Under the pieces are notes generated by a model that ran no database searches, was not told the DNA's origin, and worked only from the letters and a program-made list of their open reading frames with translations. The position numbers were made by a program, and so were the translations under genes. Positions 13,100 through 24,900 of a stretch of 64,000 nucleotides of DNA are shown piece by piece. Numbering within the stretch: position 1 is the stretch's first letter; the number at the start of each line of letters is the position of its first letter. This DNA comes from Squalus acanthias (lineage: Eukaryota), in NCBI GenBank assembly GCA_030390025.1, contig CM059433.1, positions 25,918,001 to 25,982,000 of the forward strand, in the 5' to 3' direction.

Positions 13100-13790
13100 C
13101 TCGTACGTTATCCTCCTTCTGGCATGCACTTCATGCTTTCCCGCCTTCCCGTCACCACAACTCCACCCTTGTGTCTTCCTCACTTCACACACCCAAGAAA
13201 TGCAGCCTGCCCAGCCAGTGGGTGACCAAGAAGAGGGAGAGAAGAGTGAAGAAGAACAAGAACAGAAGAAGATTGATCTGACACTCCTAGTCACCAGCAG
13301 CTCGAGGTCGCTCTGCAAGGCCACCTGCAGTATCCCCCACTGAACGTCAGCAGCCTTCCACCAGCCATGCTGCAGCCACTGGGGTAGCACTGCGTGACAT
13401 CAGTAGAGTAGGCAAAGGCACACACAAGACAGTCACTAAGAGAATGCATACGGGTGATGAGTTGATTTCTTGATGTCACATTGGATGGCTAGACGTATAT
13501 AGGTGGATTGGAAAGTTTGTGGTGGCTTTTATTTCAGCATCGTGGTCAAGAGGACATTGTGATGGTCAGTAACAGATGGAAGGTAAGGTGTGGGACAAGT
13601 GTTGAAAGGGGAATTGGGTTAGTGGTCACTGGGACCGCAGGCGGATGATTCCATCCTGGATATCCCAGCCACAAAGGGGCTGTTTGGGTTGCATCCTTCC
13701 TTCTGCTTCCTCCTCTGCTGCTTCCTCCTCTTCTGTGCCTTCCTCTTCTGTGCCTTCCTCTTTCCTCTGCAAGTGAATGCTGTAAATGTG
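13100..13790. mobile_element. Harbinger transposon remnant (acidic Myb/SANT-protein piece on +, transposase C-terminus on -)
   Basis: + strand: EEGEKSEEEQEQKKIDLTLLVTSSS. - strand: Glu-rich run followed by GWDIQDGIIRLRSQ*, resembling the acidic tail of Harbinger nucleases. Convergent arrangement as in 16666-18572. Confidence 0.45.
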
Positions 13791-13799
13791 AAATGACAG

Positions 13800-13918
13800 C
13801 ATACAGTGCTTGAAATACTCAGCTAGTCGGGCAGCATCTCGACCTGAGACGTGAACTCTGTTTTTTCTCTCCACGGATGTTGCGTGACCTGCTGAGTATT
13901 TGCAGCATGTTCTGTCTT
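13800..13918. mobile_element. Degenerate Penelope-like terminal repeat fragment with internal inversion
   Basis: Similar in both orientations to 63789-63919 (aaatactcagc...gcagcatc / gacctgagacgtgaactctgttt...gctgagtattt). Confidence 0.55.
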
Positions 13919-14129
13919 CTCAAAGGCCTTCATTTATATTCCGAGCCCTTGCAAGCATCCAGCAGCACTCCCTACACACTTAAAAAAATGTCACATCTAT
14001 TGCATCAAGCCACCACTTCAATAAAATTTAAAAAAAATCCAAAACCTTTCATTCAAACTTACCCAACGATGTGTGTGTCCCTTTAAGAGGTCCAGACATC
14101 GCCACAGTCAGCCTACTTGCACGCCAGGT

Positions 14130-14580
14130 TAACCTGTCACAGTCCAGCATCGTCTACAGTCCATTGCTATTTTCATTAATGATCTAGATGCAGGTGTTGG
14201 AAGAATGATCTTCAAGTTTACAGATGATGCTAGGATATGTACGAGAGTCAGGACTGTGGACGATGCTGGACTATGGCAGGCAGATCTAAATGTGTTAGGG
14301 GATTGCACCCATGACTGGCAAATGATGTTTAACTTAGAAAAGTTAAACATGTCAGAGGTGCCGTCTTTTGCATGCAACGTTAAACTATAAGGCTCATCTG
14401 CCCTCTCAGGTGGATATAAATATCCCATGGCATTATTTTGAAGAAGAGATGGGGAGTTCACCTCTGTGATCTCTGCGCTCCTCCAATTCTGACCTCTTGC
14501 GCATCCCCAATTTTAATTGCTGCATCATTGGTGCCTAGGCCCTAAGCTCTGGAATTCCCTCCCTAAACCTCTGTCTCTCT
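14130..14580 (+). mobile_element. Cluster of short fragments: CR1 RT (14130-14345), DeuSINE centre (14352-14465), L2 3' piece (14470-14580)
   Basis: IFINDLD..KFTDD..DWQMMFN; 'gtcagaggtgccgtcttt...atcccatggcattattttgaagaagag'; 'ctctgcgctcctccaattctg...ctctggaattccctccctaaacc'. Confidence 0.65.
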
Positions 14581-14682
14581 AGCTCTTGCTGTACGTTATT
14601 GTTACAGCTCAATTTACTTTTATTGTCTCCATACTACTTTCTTTGTTTGTAGGACAAGATGGCCTTTAATGACCATGATCAA

Positions 14683-15032
14683 ATCATAGAATCATCGAAT
14701 GATACAGCACAGAAAGAGGCCATTCAGCCCATTCGGTCACCTGTGGGTCATGCCGGCTTTTTGAAAGAGTGATCCAATTAATCCCTGCTCTTTCCCCATA
14801 GCCCTGCAATTTTTTTCCGCTTCAAGTATTTATCCACTTCCATTTTGAAAGTTATTATTGAATCTGCTTCCACCACCCTTTCAGGCAGCACATTCCAGAC
14901 CTTAACTCGCTGCGTAAAAAATATTCTCCTCATCTCCACTCTGGTTCTTTAGCCAATTATTTTAAATCTGAGTGCTCTGGTTATTGACCCTCCTGCCAGT
15001 GGAAACAGTTTCTTCTTATCTGCTTGATCAAA
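14683..15032 (-). mobile_element. CR1 3' end fragment
   Basis: Reverse complement of the 3' UTR seen at 6350-6690 and 59193-59550. Confidence 0.8.
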
Positions 15033-17159
15033 TCTAGTACGAAGAAAACAAGACCAGATGTTCACTGAGAAACGCTCCTGCAGAGTTTGGCATCACAGAA
15101 TAAGGGATGTCTCTGGAGGTTGTACTGTAAGCACTCAGGAAGAGGAGGAACACACTTCATGGGACTAATGGCCACCTCCTCTCTCACCCAGAAACAGCTG
15201 GTGCAGCACTTACAGGAGACGGTGTTAGAATGCAGGCAGCCCTAGTTAGCAATCGCAGTACTGGAAGTGGCTGATTCACATGAAGGCTCTCACAATGTAT
15301 AGTTGAAAGAGATGTGGAGCCACAATGTGTTAGTAAATCCCTGCAGCCAGTCTGCACATTTACTCCTTCCACTAGGGAATCATGTAGAAGTAGTAGGTTA
15401 GACATTATACCCAATCTGTCAGCATGAAGGCAGAACAATGTGATAAAACACACTGATGTTATCTGAACATCGCACAATGTACTCAATATTTTTTATGCAT
15501 TTGATTTGTATATTGTGTTGAGAATGTCTTTGATGATTGCCCAGAATGATTCAACACCACAGCAAAATATGGGTATTGGTGGCAGTGAAGGAAATGCTGA
15601 GGACAGTGTTACTGAAAGTGTTTGGTGCTAGATATTTGGTAAACATGGACAGGAGGATGCCTTAATAGGACAGCTCAGGCACTTTGCTAAATGCACCTAG
15701 TATTGGCACGTATGCAGCAGTATGCCTGGCTCTACTACTATTTCATGAGCTACTTCCTCACTGTCACTGCCTCCCTTCAAGGCTGGCAGACCTTCTGGAT
15801 TCTACTCTTCTTTCTCCATGTTTAGGACTCTACAGAACAAAGTAGAGCATGCAACACACAACAATGTTCCTGGAGACCGAGGATGGGTCGGGCGGGGTGG
15901 TGGGGTGGGTGCAGAACATGGTTGTACAGTAATAGGCCCTCTGAATGATTCACTCAGCTGATGTTGCTTCAGGACGCCTTTGGTAAGCTCAGTAATGGAC
16001 CTCCTTGTATCAGCACTCAGATTTCATTCATGACTGCCACACAGTGTCATCAGCTAGACACCATCCTTCCACTCTACCTTCCTCTTCAAAAGTGCCAGCG
16101 CTAATAATTAGTGCTAAATAAATGTATCATTGGTGCTGCCAGGGAACTGGGCATTGACCTGTATGATTTTGTACTGGCAGTCACAGACCGGCTGCACACT
16201 GAAAGAGTAGAACCCTTTTCTGTTGATGTCAGCCACAGCATTATGAACAGGGAGCCAAATAATCAAATGGGTGCAATCAATCAGCCTTCATACTCAAGGA
16301 AAGTGAGCTGTGTGATAGCATTGTACAGCCCTGTCAGACTGCTCCTGCTGCTCAGCGGTGAATGTTATGAATGTGTTGACTCCTAAAGAAAATATTGGTT
16401 ATCTTTTGATACATGTGTAAGCAACAAATCAAGGATCCAGAGGTTCACTGCCTCTCTGTTATAATTTCAGTCTCCTAAGGCATTCACTGAGACCCAGATA
16501 GCTGTATCTCATTTGTAGTCTCGTGGCAGGTCTGCAAAGTATGGCTTTGCTACCACCTTACATCTCCTGCTGAGCTTCCTCAGTCACGGTGAGTGATAGG
16601 GGAGAGCTGAATGCAGTTTCCATTGTACAGAATGTTGTATAAAGAGAAACTGCTGAAAACTCCAAGGCCTAGAAATTCAAGCGCCCCGTCCCCCATTTTT
16701 CAAGTGCTAAACAGGCGTATAAGCATCCAATATGGCGACCAGGAAGCGCGCACTCATTACGAGTCGGAAGTGCGCCGCCTGCCATATTGAATCGAGCTGC
16801 TCTGTAGGCGTAAAGAGCCAAAACTATTTAAAACAATGACTAAAATATTCAAATTAGGGTCCTACCTTTGTTGAAAGACCCTTCTGTGATATTGGGTTGC
16901 CCCAACATCTGAGTCGCCATGTGATGACCTCAAACACATGGTCGTAACAGGCAGGGAGGGTCCTTCAGTAGCATGATTTAAAGGGATCGTGCAGTACTTC
17001 CAGGTTAGTAGCTGATTTGTTATTTCAGGCTGCTGGTTAACTACTGGGCATTTTTTGGCCTGTCATCTGACTCTGGAAATTTAATTCTAACTGTTGAGAA
17101 AAAGATTGTGCTGGTGTTGCACTGTTCTTGGCTGCCTTCTAAACAGTTTGAATGCAGTC

Positions 17160-17471
17160 ATGGGTGGACCAGTAGGGCTGCTTTTGGGGCTGGAGGAGGA
17201 GGGGGAGCAGCAAGGAAGACAGCAGAGAGCAGGAGTAGCTGGCACAAGAGGGAGGAAGAGGAGGGCACTGCGCAGGAGGCCGCACCCACAGTGGATATTC
17301 AGAGAGCACTTCCCCTGCATGAACTTCACTGACAAGCAATGTCTCAGGCGCCTTTGCTTCACAAAGGAGGCTGTCACCGAGCTATACCACCTGCTGTGGC
17401 CTAAAACTCGAGCCTCAAACCCTGACATGGACAGCACTGCCTGTGGCTGTCAAGATCACTGTGTCCCTTAA
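17160..17471 (+). pseudogene. Harbinger (HARBI1-like) transposase N-terminal remnant
   Basis: RRRPHPQWIFREHFPCMNFTDKQCLRRLCFTKEAVTELYHLL resembles the N-terminal helix region of HARBI1-type nucleases. Frameshifted and truncated. Confidence 0.7.
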
Positions 17472-17574
17472 CCTTTATGCGTCAGATGTGAGGTGTGTGG
17501 AAGTGAGGGTTGCAAAAGTGGTAAGCGTGTGAGTATGAGGAGGAGGTGTAGTGAAATGTGTTGAAATGATTGTA

Positions 17575-18012
17575 AAAAGAAAGAAAAGAAAGACTTGCAT
17601 TTATATAGCGCCTTTCACGACCACCGGACGTCTCAAAGCGCTTTACAGCCAATGAAGTACTTTTGAAGTGGAGCCTCTGTTGTAATGTAGGAAACGCGGC
17701 AGCCAATTTGCACACAGCAAGCTCCCACAAACAGCAATGTGATAATGACCAGATAATCTGTTTTTGTTACGTGGGTTGAGGGATAAATATTGGCCAGGAC
17801 ACCAGGGATAACTCCCCTGCTCCTCTTCAAAATAATGCCATGGGATCTTTTACGTCCACCTGAGAGATCAGACGGGGCCTCGGTTTAACGTCTTATCCGA
17901 AAGACGGCACCTCCGACAGTGCAGCACTCCCTCAGCACTGCACTGGAGTGCCAGCCTAGCTTTATGTGCTCAAGTCCCTGGAGTGGGACTTGAACCCACA
18001 ACCTTCTGACTG
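17575..18012 (-). mobile_element. DeuSINE inserted in the Harbinger element
   Basis: Reverse complement of 8359-8772. B-box 'ggttcaagtcc' on the minus strand and (tttct)n tail. Confidence 0.9.
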
Positions 18013-18089
18013 TAGGAGAGTGAAGGGAAGCGGAGAGGGGAGTATTGTGAGTAGTCAGGCTGGATGTAGTGGAGGTGTGAGCAGAGAAG

Positions 18090-18320
18090 TCATTGAACGT
18101 CTTTCAGCATTGCAGCCATATCCTGGGAACCATTGACTTCCTCTGCGATGTCTTCTCACTGGTGGCGGAGAGGTTGCCTGGAGGGCTTTCTGCCTCCTGT
18201 GGGGGGTATGGTGGGGGAGGGGGCGAACAGGATCTCTCTCTTCCTGTTCACCACCTGGACTAGGGCCTCCAAAGCAGCATCGGAGAACCTGGGGCCACGA
18301 TCTGCAGATCTAGCACCCAT
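18090..18320 (-). pseudogene. Harbinger Myb/SANT-like DNA-binding protein N-terminal remnant
   Basis: MGARSADRGPRFSDAALEALVQVVNRKREILF matches the 'R.PRFS..ELE.LV..V......LF' pattern of NAIF1/Myb-SANT-like domains. Confidence 0.7.
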
Positions 18321-18924
18321 TTCTCTCCTTACGTGTTTCCTTCCTTCTGCAGCTCTCAGAGTGCACTTTCCCTGTAAGAGCTGCTGGATGCCTTGAAGTG
18401 GCATCGGAGATCCCAAATAGGCATGCAGCCAATGAATGGTATTGCTGTCTGACTCATTACAATGAGCACACAGCACGAATATTACATGCTGCCTGGATCA
18501 ACACTAACAGGCGTGTGCAGTGCGCCCCGCTTCCTGCAGGAACATTTTCTAGTGTGATCGAATTTCTAGGCCTAATTTCCTATTCAGGCACTGCAACGGA
18601 GATTCTGGATCAGCAATAATGCTCGATTCATAGGAGCAGTAGAAATGTACCACACGTGCAATGTAAAAACTTTTAACTTGATTCGTTCCACCGCCCACCC
18701 CCGTGGAACTCCAATTATACCAGCGCTAATAAGATTAATTATACTCACAAACAACTTGTGCACAGTAGTACGTCAAAGGCTCTTCAGTTACAGCAATATA
18801 CAATGAAGTGCCCAGCCGAGAGAGAACATGCACCATGCTGCACTCCTAATTTTGGTAGCCAATTACATTGAATTATCATGGATGTTCGTCTTTGCACCAA
18901 CAGTAATTTATGATAGGTATCAGG

Positions 18925-21900
18925 CTGCTTAGATAGACTGGACAGACTGCTGTTGATTAGTCCGCTTATATAGACAGGACAGACTGCTATTGATTAGTCA
19001 GCTTATATAGACAGGACAGACTGCTATTGATTAGTGTGTGAATATAGACAGGACAAACTGCCATTGATTAGTCTGCGAATATAGACAGGACAGAGTGCCA
19101 TTGATTAGGGTGCTTATATAGAAAGGACAGACTGCTATTGATTAGTCTGCTTATATAGACAGGACAGACTGCTATTGATTAGTCTGCTTATACAGACAGG
19201 ACAGACTGCCATTGATTAGTCTGCTTATATAGACAGGACAGGACAGACTGTTATTGATTTGGGTGCTTAAATAGACAGGACAGACTGCTATTGATTAGGG
19301 TGCTTATATAGACAGGACAGACTGCTATTGATTAGTCTGCTTATACAGACAGGACAGACTGCTATTGATTAGTCAGCTTATACAGACAGGACAGACTGCT
19401 ATTGATTAGTGTGTGAATATAGACAGGACAAACTGCCATTGATTAGTCTGCTTATATAGACAGGACAGACTGCTATTGATTAGGGTGCTTATATAGACAG
19501 GACAGACTGCTATTGATTAGGGTGCTTATATAGACAGGACAGACTGCTATTGATTAGAGTGCTTATATAGACAGGACAGACTGCCATTGATTAGGGTGCT
19601 TATCTGGACAGGACAGACTGCGATTGATTAGGGTGCTTATACAGACAGGAGAGACTGCTATTGATTAGGGTGCTTATATAGACAGGACAGACTGCTATTG
19701 ATTAGAGTGCTTATATAGACAGGACAGACTGCCATTGATTTGGGTGCTTATATAAACAGGACAGACTGCTATTGATTAGGGTGCTTATATAGACTGGACA
19801 GACTGCTATTGATTAGGGTGCTTATATAGACAGGACAGACTGCTATTGATTAGTCAGCTTATATAGACTGGACAGACTGCTATTGATTAGTCAGCTTATA
19901 TAGACTGGACAGACTGCTATTGATTAGTCTGCTTATATAGACAGGACAGACTGCTATTGATTAGTCTGCTTATATAGACAGGACAGACTGCTATTGATTA
20001 GTCTGCTTATATAGACAGGAGAGCCGGCCATTGATTAGTCTGCTTATATAGACAGGACAGACTGCTATTGATTAGTCAGCTTATATAGACAGGACAGACT
20101 GCTATTGATTAGTCTGCTTATATAGACAGGACAGACTGCTATTGATTAGTCTGCTTATATAGACAGGACAGTCTGCCATTGATTAGTCTGCTTATATAGA
20201 CAGGACAGACTGCTATTGATTAGGGTGCTTATATAGAAAGGACAGACTGCCAGTGATTGGCCTTATATAGACAGGACAGACTGCTATTGATTAGTCAGCT
20301 TATATAGACAGGACAGACTGCTATTGATTAGGGTGCTTATATAGACAGGACAGACTGCTATTGATTAGTCTGCTTATATAGACAGGACAGACTGCTATTG
20401 ATTAGTCTGCTTATATAGACAGGACAGACTGCTATTGATTAGTCTGCTTATATAGACAGGACAGACTGCTATTGATTAGTCAGCTTATATAGACAGGACA
20501 GACTGCTATTGATTAGTCTGCTTATATAGACAGGACAGACTGCCATTGATTAGTCAGCTTATATAGACAGGTCAGAGTGCTATTGATTATGTTTCTTATA
20601 TAGACAGGACAGACTGCTTTTGATTAGTCAGCTTATATAGACAGGACAGACTGCTATTGATTAGTCTGCTGATAGAGGCAGGACTAACTGCTATTAATTA
20701 GGGTTCTTATATAGACAGGACAGACTGCTATTGATGAGTCAGCTTACATAGACAGGACTAACTGCTATTGATTAGGGTTCTTATGTAGACAGGACAGACT
20801 GCCATTGATTAGTCTGCTTATATAGACAGGACAGACTGCCATTGATTAGTCTGCTTATATAGACAGGACAGACTGCCATTGATTAGTCTGCTTATATAGA
20901 CAGGACAGACTGTTATTGATTAGTCTGCTTATATAGACAGGACAGACTGCCATTGATTAGTTTGCTTATATAGACAGGACAGACTGCCATTGATTAGTCT
21001 GCTCATATAGACAGGACAGACTGCTATTGATTAGTCAGCTTATATAGACAGGACAGACTGCTATTGATTAGTCAGCTTATATAGACAGGACAGACTGCTA
21101 TTGATTAGTCTGCTTATATAGACAGGACAGACTGCTATTGATTAGTCTGCTTATATAGACAGGACAGACTGCCATTGATTAGTCTGCTTATATAGACAGG
21201 ACAGACTGCTATTGATTAGTTTGCTTATATAGACAGGACAGACTGCCATTGATTAGTCTGCTTATATAGACAGGACAGACTGCTATTGATTAGTTTGCTT
21301 ATATAGACAGGACAGACTGCCATTGATTAGTCTGCTTATATAGACAGGACAGACTGCCATTGATTAGTCAGCTTACATAGACAGGTCAGAGTGCTATTGA
21401 TTATGTTTCTTATATAGACAGGACAGACTGCTATTGATTAGTCTGCTGATAGAGGCAGGACTAACTGCTATTAATTAGGGTTCTTATATAGACAGGACAG
21501 ACTGCTATTGATGAGTCAGCTTACATAGACAGGACTAACTGCTATTAATTAGGGTTCTTATATAGACAGGACAGACTGCCATTGATTAGTCTGCTTATAT
21601 AGACAGGACAGACTGCCATTGATTAGTCTGCTTATATAGACAGGACATACTGCTATTGATTAGTTTGCTTATATAGACAGGACAGACTGCCATTGATTAG
21701 TCTGCTTATATAGACAGGACAGACTGCCATTGATTAGTCTGCTTATATAGACAGGACAGACTGCCATTGATTAGTCTGCTTATATAGACAGGACAGACTG
21801 CCATTGATTAGTTTGCTTATATAGCCAGGACAGACTGCCATTGATTAGTCTGCTTATATAGACAGGACAGACTGCTATTGATTAGTCTGCTTATATAGAC

Positions 21901-24900
21901 AGGACAGACTGCTATTGATTAGTCTGCTTATATAGACAGGACAGACTGCTATTGATTAGGGTTCTTATGTAGACAGGACAGACTGCTATTGATTAGGGTT
22001 CTTATGTAGACAGGACAGACTGCTGTTGAGTAGTCAGCTTATATAGACAGGACAGACTGCCATTGATTAGTCAGCTTATATAGACAGGACAAACTGCTAT
22101 TGATTCGTCTGCTTATATAGACAGGACAGACTGCCATTGATTAGTCTGCTGATATAGACAGGACAGACTGCCATTGATTAGACTGCTTATATAGACAGGA
22201 CTGACTGTTATTGATTAGACTGCTTATATAGACAGGACAGACTGTTATTGATTAGACTGCTTAAATAGACAGGACAGACTGCTGTTGAGTAGTCAGCTTA
22301 TATAGACAGGACAAACTGCTATTGTTTAGTCTGCTTATATAGACAGGTCAGACTGCTATTGATTAGTCTGCTTTTTAGACAGGACAGACTGCTATTGAAT
22401 AGTCAGCTTATATAGACAGGACAGACTGCCAGTGATTAGTCTTATATAGACAGGACAGACTGCTGTTGATTAGACTGCTTATATAGACAGGACGACAGCC
22501 ATTGATTAGACTGCTTATAGACAGGACAGACTGCCATTGATTACTCTGCTTATCTTGACAGGTCAGAGTGCTATTGATTAGTCTGCTTATATAGACAGGA
22601 CAGACTGCTATTGATTAGTCTTATATAGACAGGACAGACTGCTATTGATTAGACTGCTTATATAGACAGGACGACAGCCATTGATTAGACTGCTTATAGA
22701 CAGGACAGACTGCCATTGATTACTCTGCTTATCTTGACAGGTCAGAGTGCTATTGATTAGTCTGCTTATATAGACAGGACAGACTGCCAATGATAAGTCT
22801 GCTTATATAGACAGGACAGACTGCTATTGATTTGACTGCTTATATAGACAGACCAGACTGTTATTGATTAGACTGCTTATATAGACAGGACAGACTGCCA
22901 TTGATTAGCCTGCTTATATAGACAGGACAGACTGTTATTGATTAGTCTTATATAGACAGGACAGACTGCTATTGATTCGACTGCTTATATAGACAGACCA
23001 GACTGTTATTGATTAGACGGCTTATATAGACAGGACAGACTGCCATTGATTAGCCTGCTTATATAGACAGGACATACTGCTATTGATTAGTCTGCTTATA
23101 TAGACAGGACAGTCTGCCATTGATTAGTCTGCTTATACAGACAGGACAGACTGCTATTGATTAGTCTGCTTATATAGACAGGACAGACTGCTATTGATTA
23201 GTCTGCTTATATAGACAGGACAGACTGCTGTTGATTAGTCTGCTTATATAGACAGGACATACTGCTATTGATTAGTCTGCTTATATAGACAGGACAGACT
23301 GCTATTGATTAGTCTGCTTATATAGACAGGACAGACTGCTATTGATTAGTCAGCTTATATAGACAGGACAGTCTGCCATTGATTAGTCTGCTTATACAGA
23401 CAGGACAGACTGCTATTGATTAGTCTGCTTATATAGACAGGACAGACTGCTATTGATTAGTCTGCTTATATAGACAGGACAGACTGCTGTTGATTAGTCT
23501 GCTTATATAGACAGGACAGACTGCTATTGATTAGTCTGCTTATATAGACAGGACAGACTGCTGTTGATTAGTCTGCTTATATAGACAGGACAGACTGCTA
23601 TTGATTAGGGTGCTTATATAGACAGGACAGACTGCTATTGATTAGTCTGCTTATATAGACAGGACAGACTGCTATTGATTAGGGTGCTTATATAGACAGG
23701 ACAGACTGCTATTGATTAGGGTTCTTATGTAGACAGGACAGACTGCTATTGATTAGGGTGCTTATATAGACAGGACAGACTGCCAGTGATTGGTCTGATA
23801 TAGGCAGGACAGACTGCTATTGATTAGTCTGCTTATATAGACAGGACAGACTGCTATTGATTAGTCTGCTTATATAGACAGGACAGACTGCTATTGATTA
23901 GGGTTCTTATGTAGACAGGACAGACTGCTATTGATTAGGGTTCTTATGTAGACAGGACAGACTGCTGTTGAGTAGTCAGCTTATATAGACAGGACAGACT
24001 GCCATTGATTAGTCAGCTTATATAGACAGGACAAACTGCTATTGATTCGTCTGCTTATATAGACAGGACAGACTGCTATTGTTTAGTCTGCTTATATAGA
24101 TAGGACAGACTGCCATTGATTAGTCAGCTTATATAGACAGGACAGACTGCTATTGATTAGGGTTCTTATGTAGACAGGACAGACTGCTATTGATTAGGGT
24201 TCTTATATAGACAGGACAGACTGCCATTGATTAGTCTGCTTATATAGACAGGACAGACTGCTATTGATTAGTCTGCTTATATAGACAGGACAGACTGCCA
24301 TTGATTAGTTTGCTTATATAGACAGGACAGACTGCTATTGATTAGTCTGCTTATATAGACAGGACAGACTGCTATTGATTAGGGTGCTTATATAGGCAGG
24401 ACAGATAGCTGTTGATTAGGGTGCTTATATAGGCAGGACAGACTGTTATTGATTAATCAGCTTATATAGACAGGACAGACTGCCATTGATTAGTCTGCTT
24501 ATATAGACAGGACAGACTGCTATTGATTAGTCTGCTTATATCGACAGGACAGACTGCCATTGATTAGTCTGCTTATATAGACAGGACAGTCTGCCATTGA
24601 TTAGTCTGCTTATATAGACAGGACAGACTGCCATTGATTAGTCTGCTTATATAGACAGGACAGTCTGCCATTGATTAGTCTGCTTATATAGATAGGACAG
24701 ACTGCTATTGATTAGTCTGCTTATATAGACAGGACAGACTGCTATTGATTAGTCTGCTTATATAGACAGGACAGACTGCTATTGATTAGTCTGCTTATAT
24801 AGACAGGACAGACTGCTATTGATTAGGGTTCTTATGTAGACAGGACAGACTGCTATTGATTAGGGTTCTTATGTAGACAGGACAGACTGCTGTTGAGTAG

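Larger units (their letters stand above)
16666..18572. mobile_element. Internally deleted PIF/Harbinger DNA transposon
   Basis: Perfect inverted repeat AGGCCTAGAAATTC at 16665-16678 / 18560-18573. Flanks CAA/TAA (Harbinger TSD is TWA). Contains remnants of both Harbinger genes in convergent orientation. Confidence 0.85.

Noticed and set aside
15180..15950. Further Harbinger transposase remnant (IVVCCML on minus strand near 15845-15865)
   Set aside because: Only one short motif is recognisable, which is too degraded to delimit.
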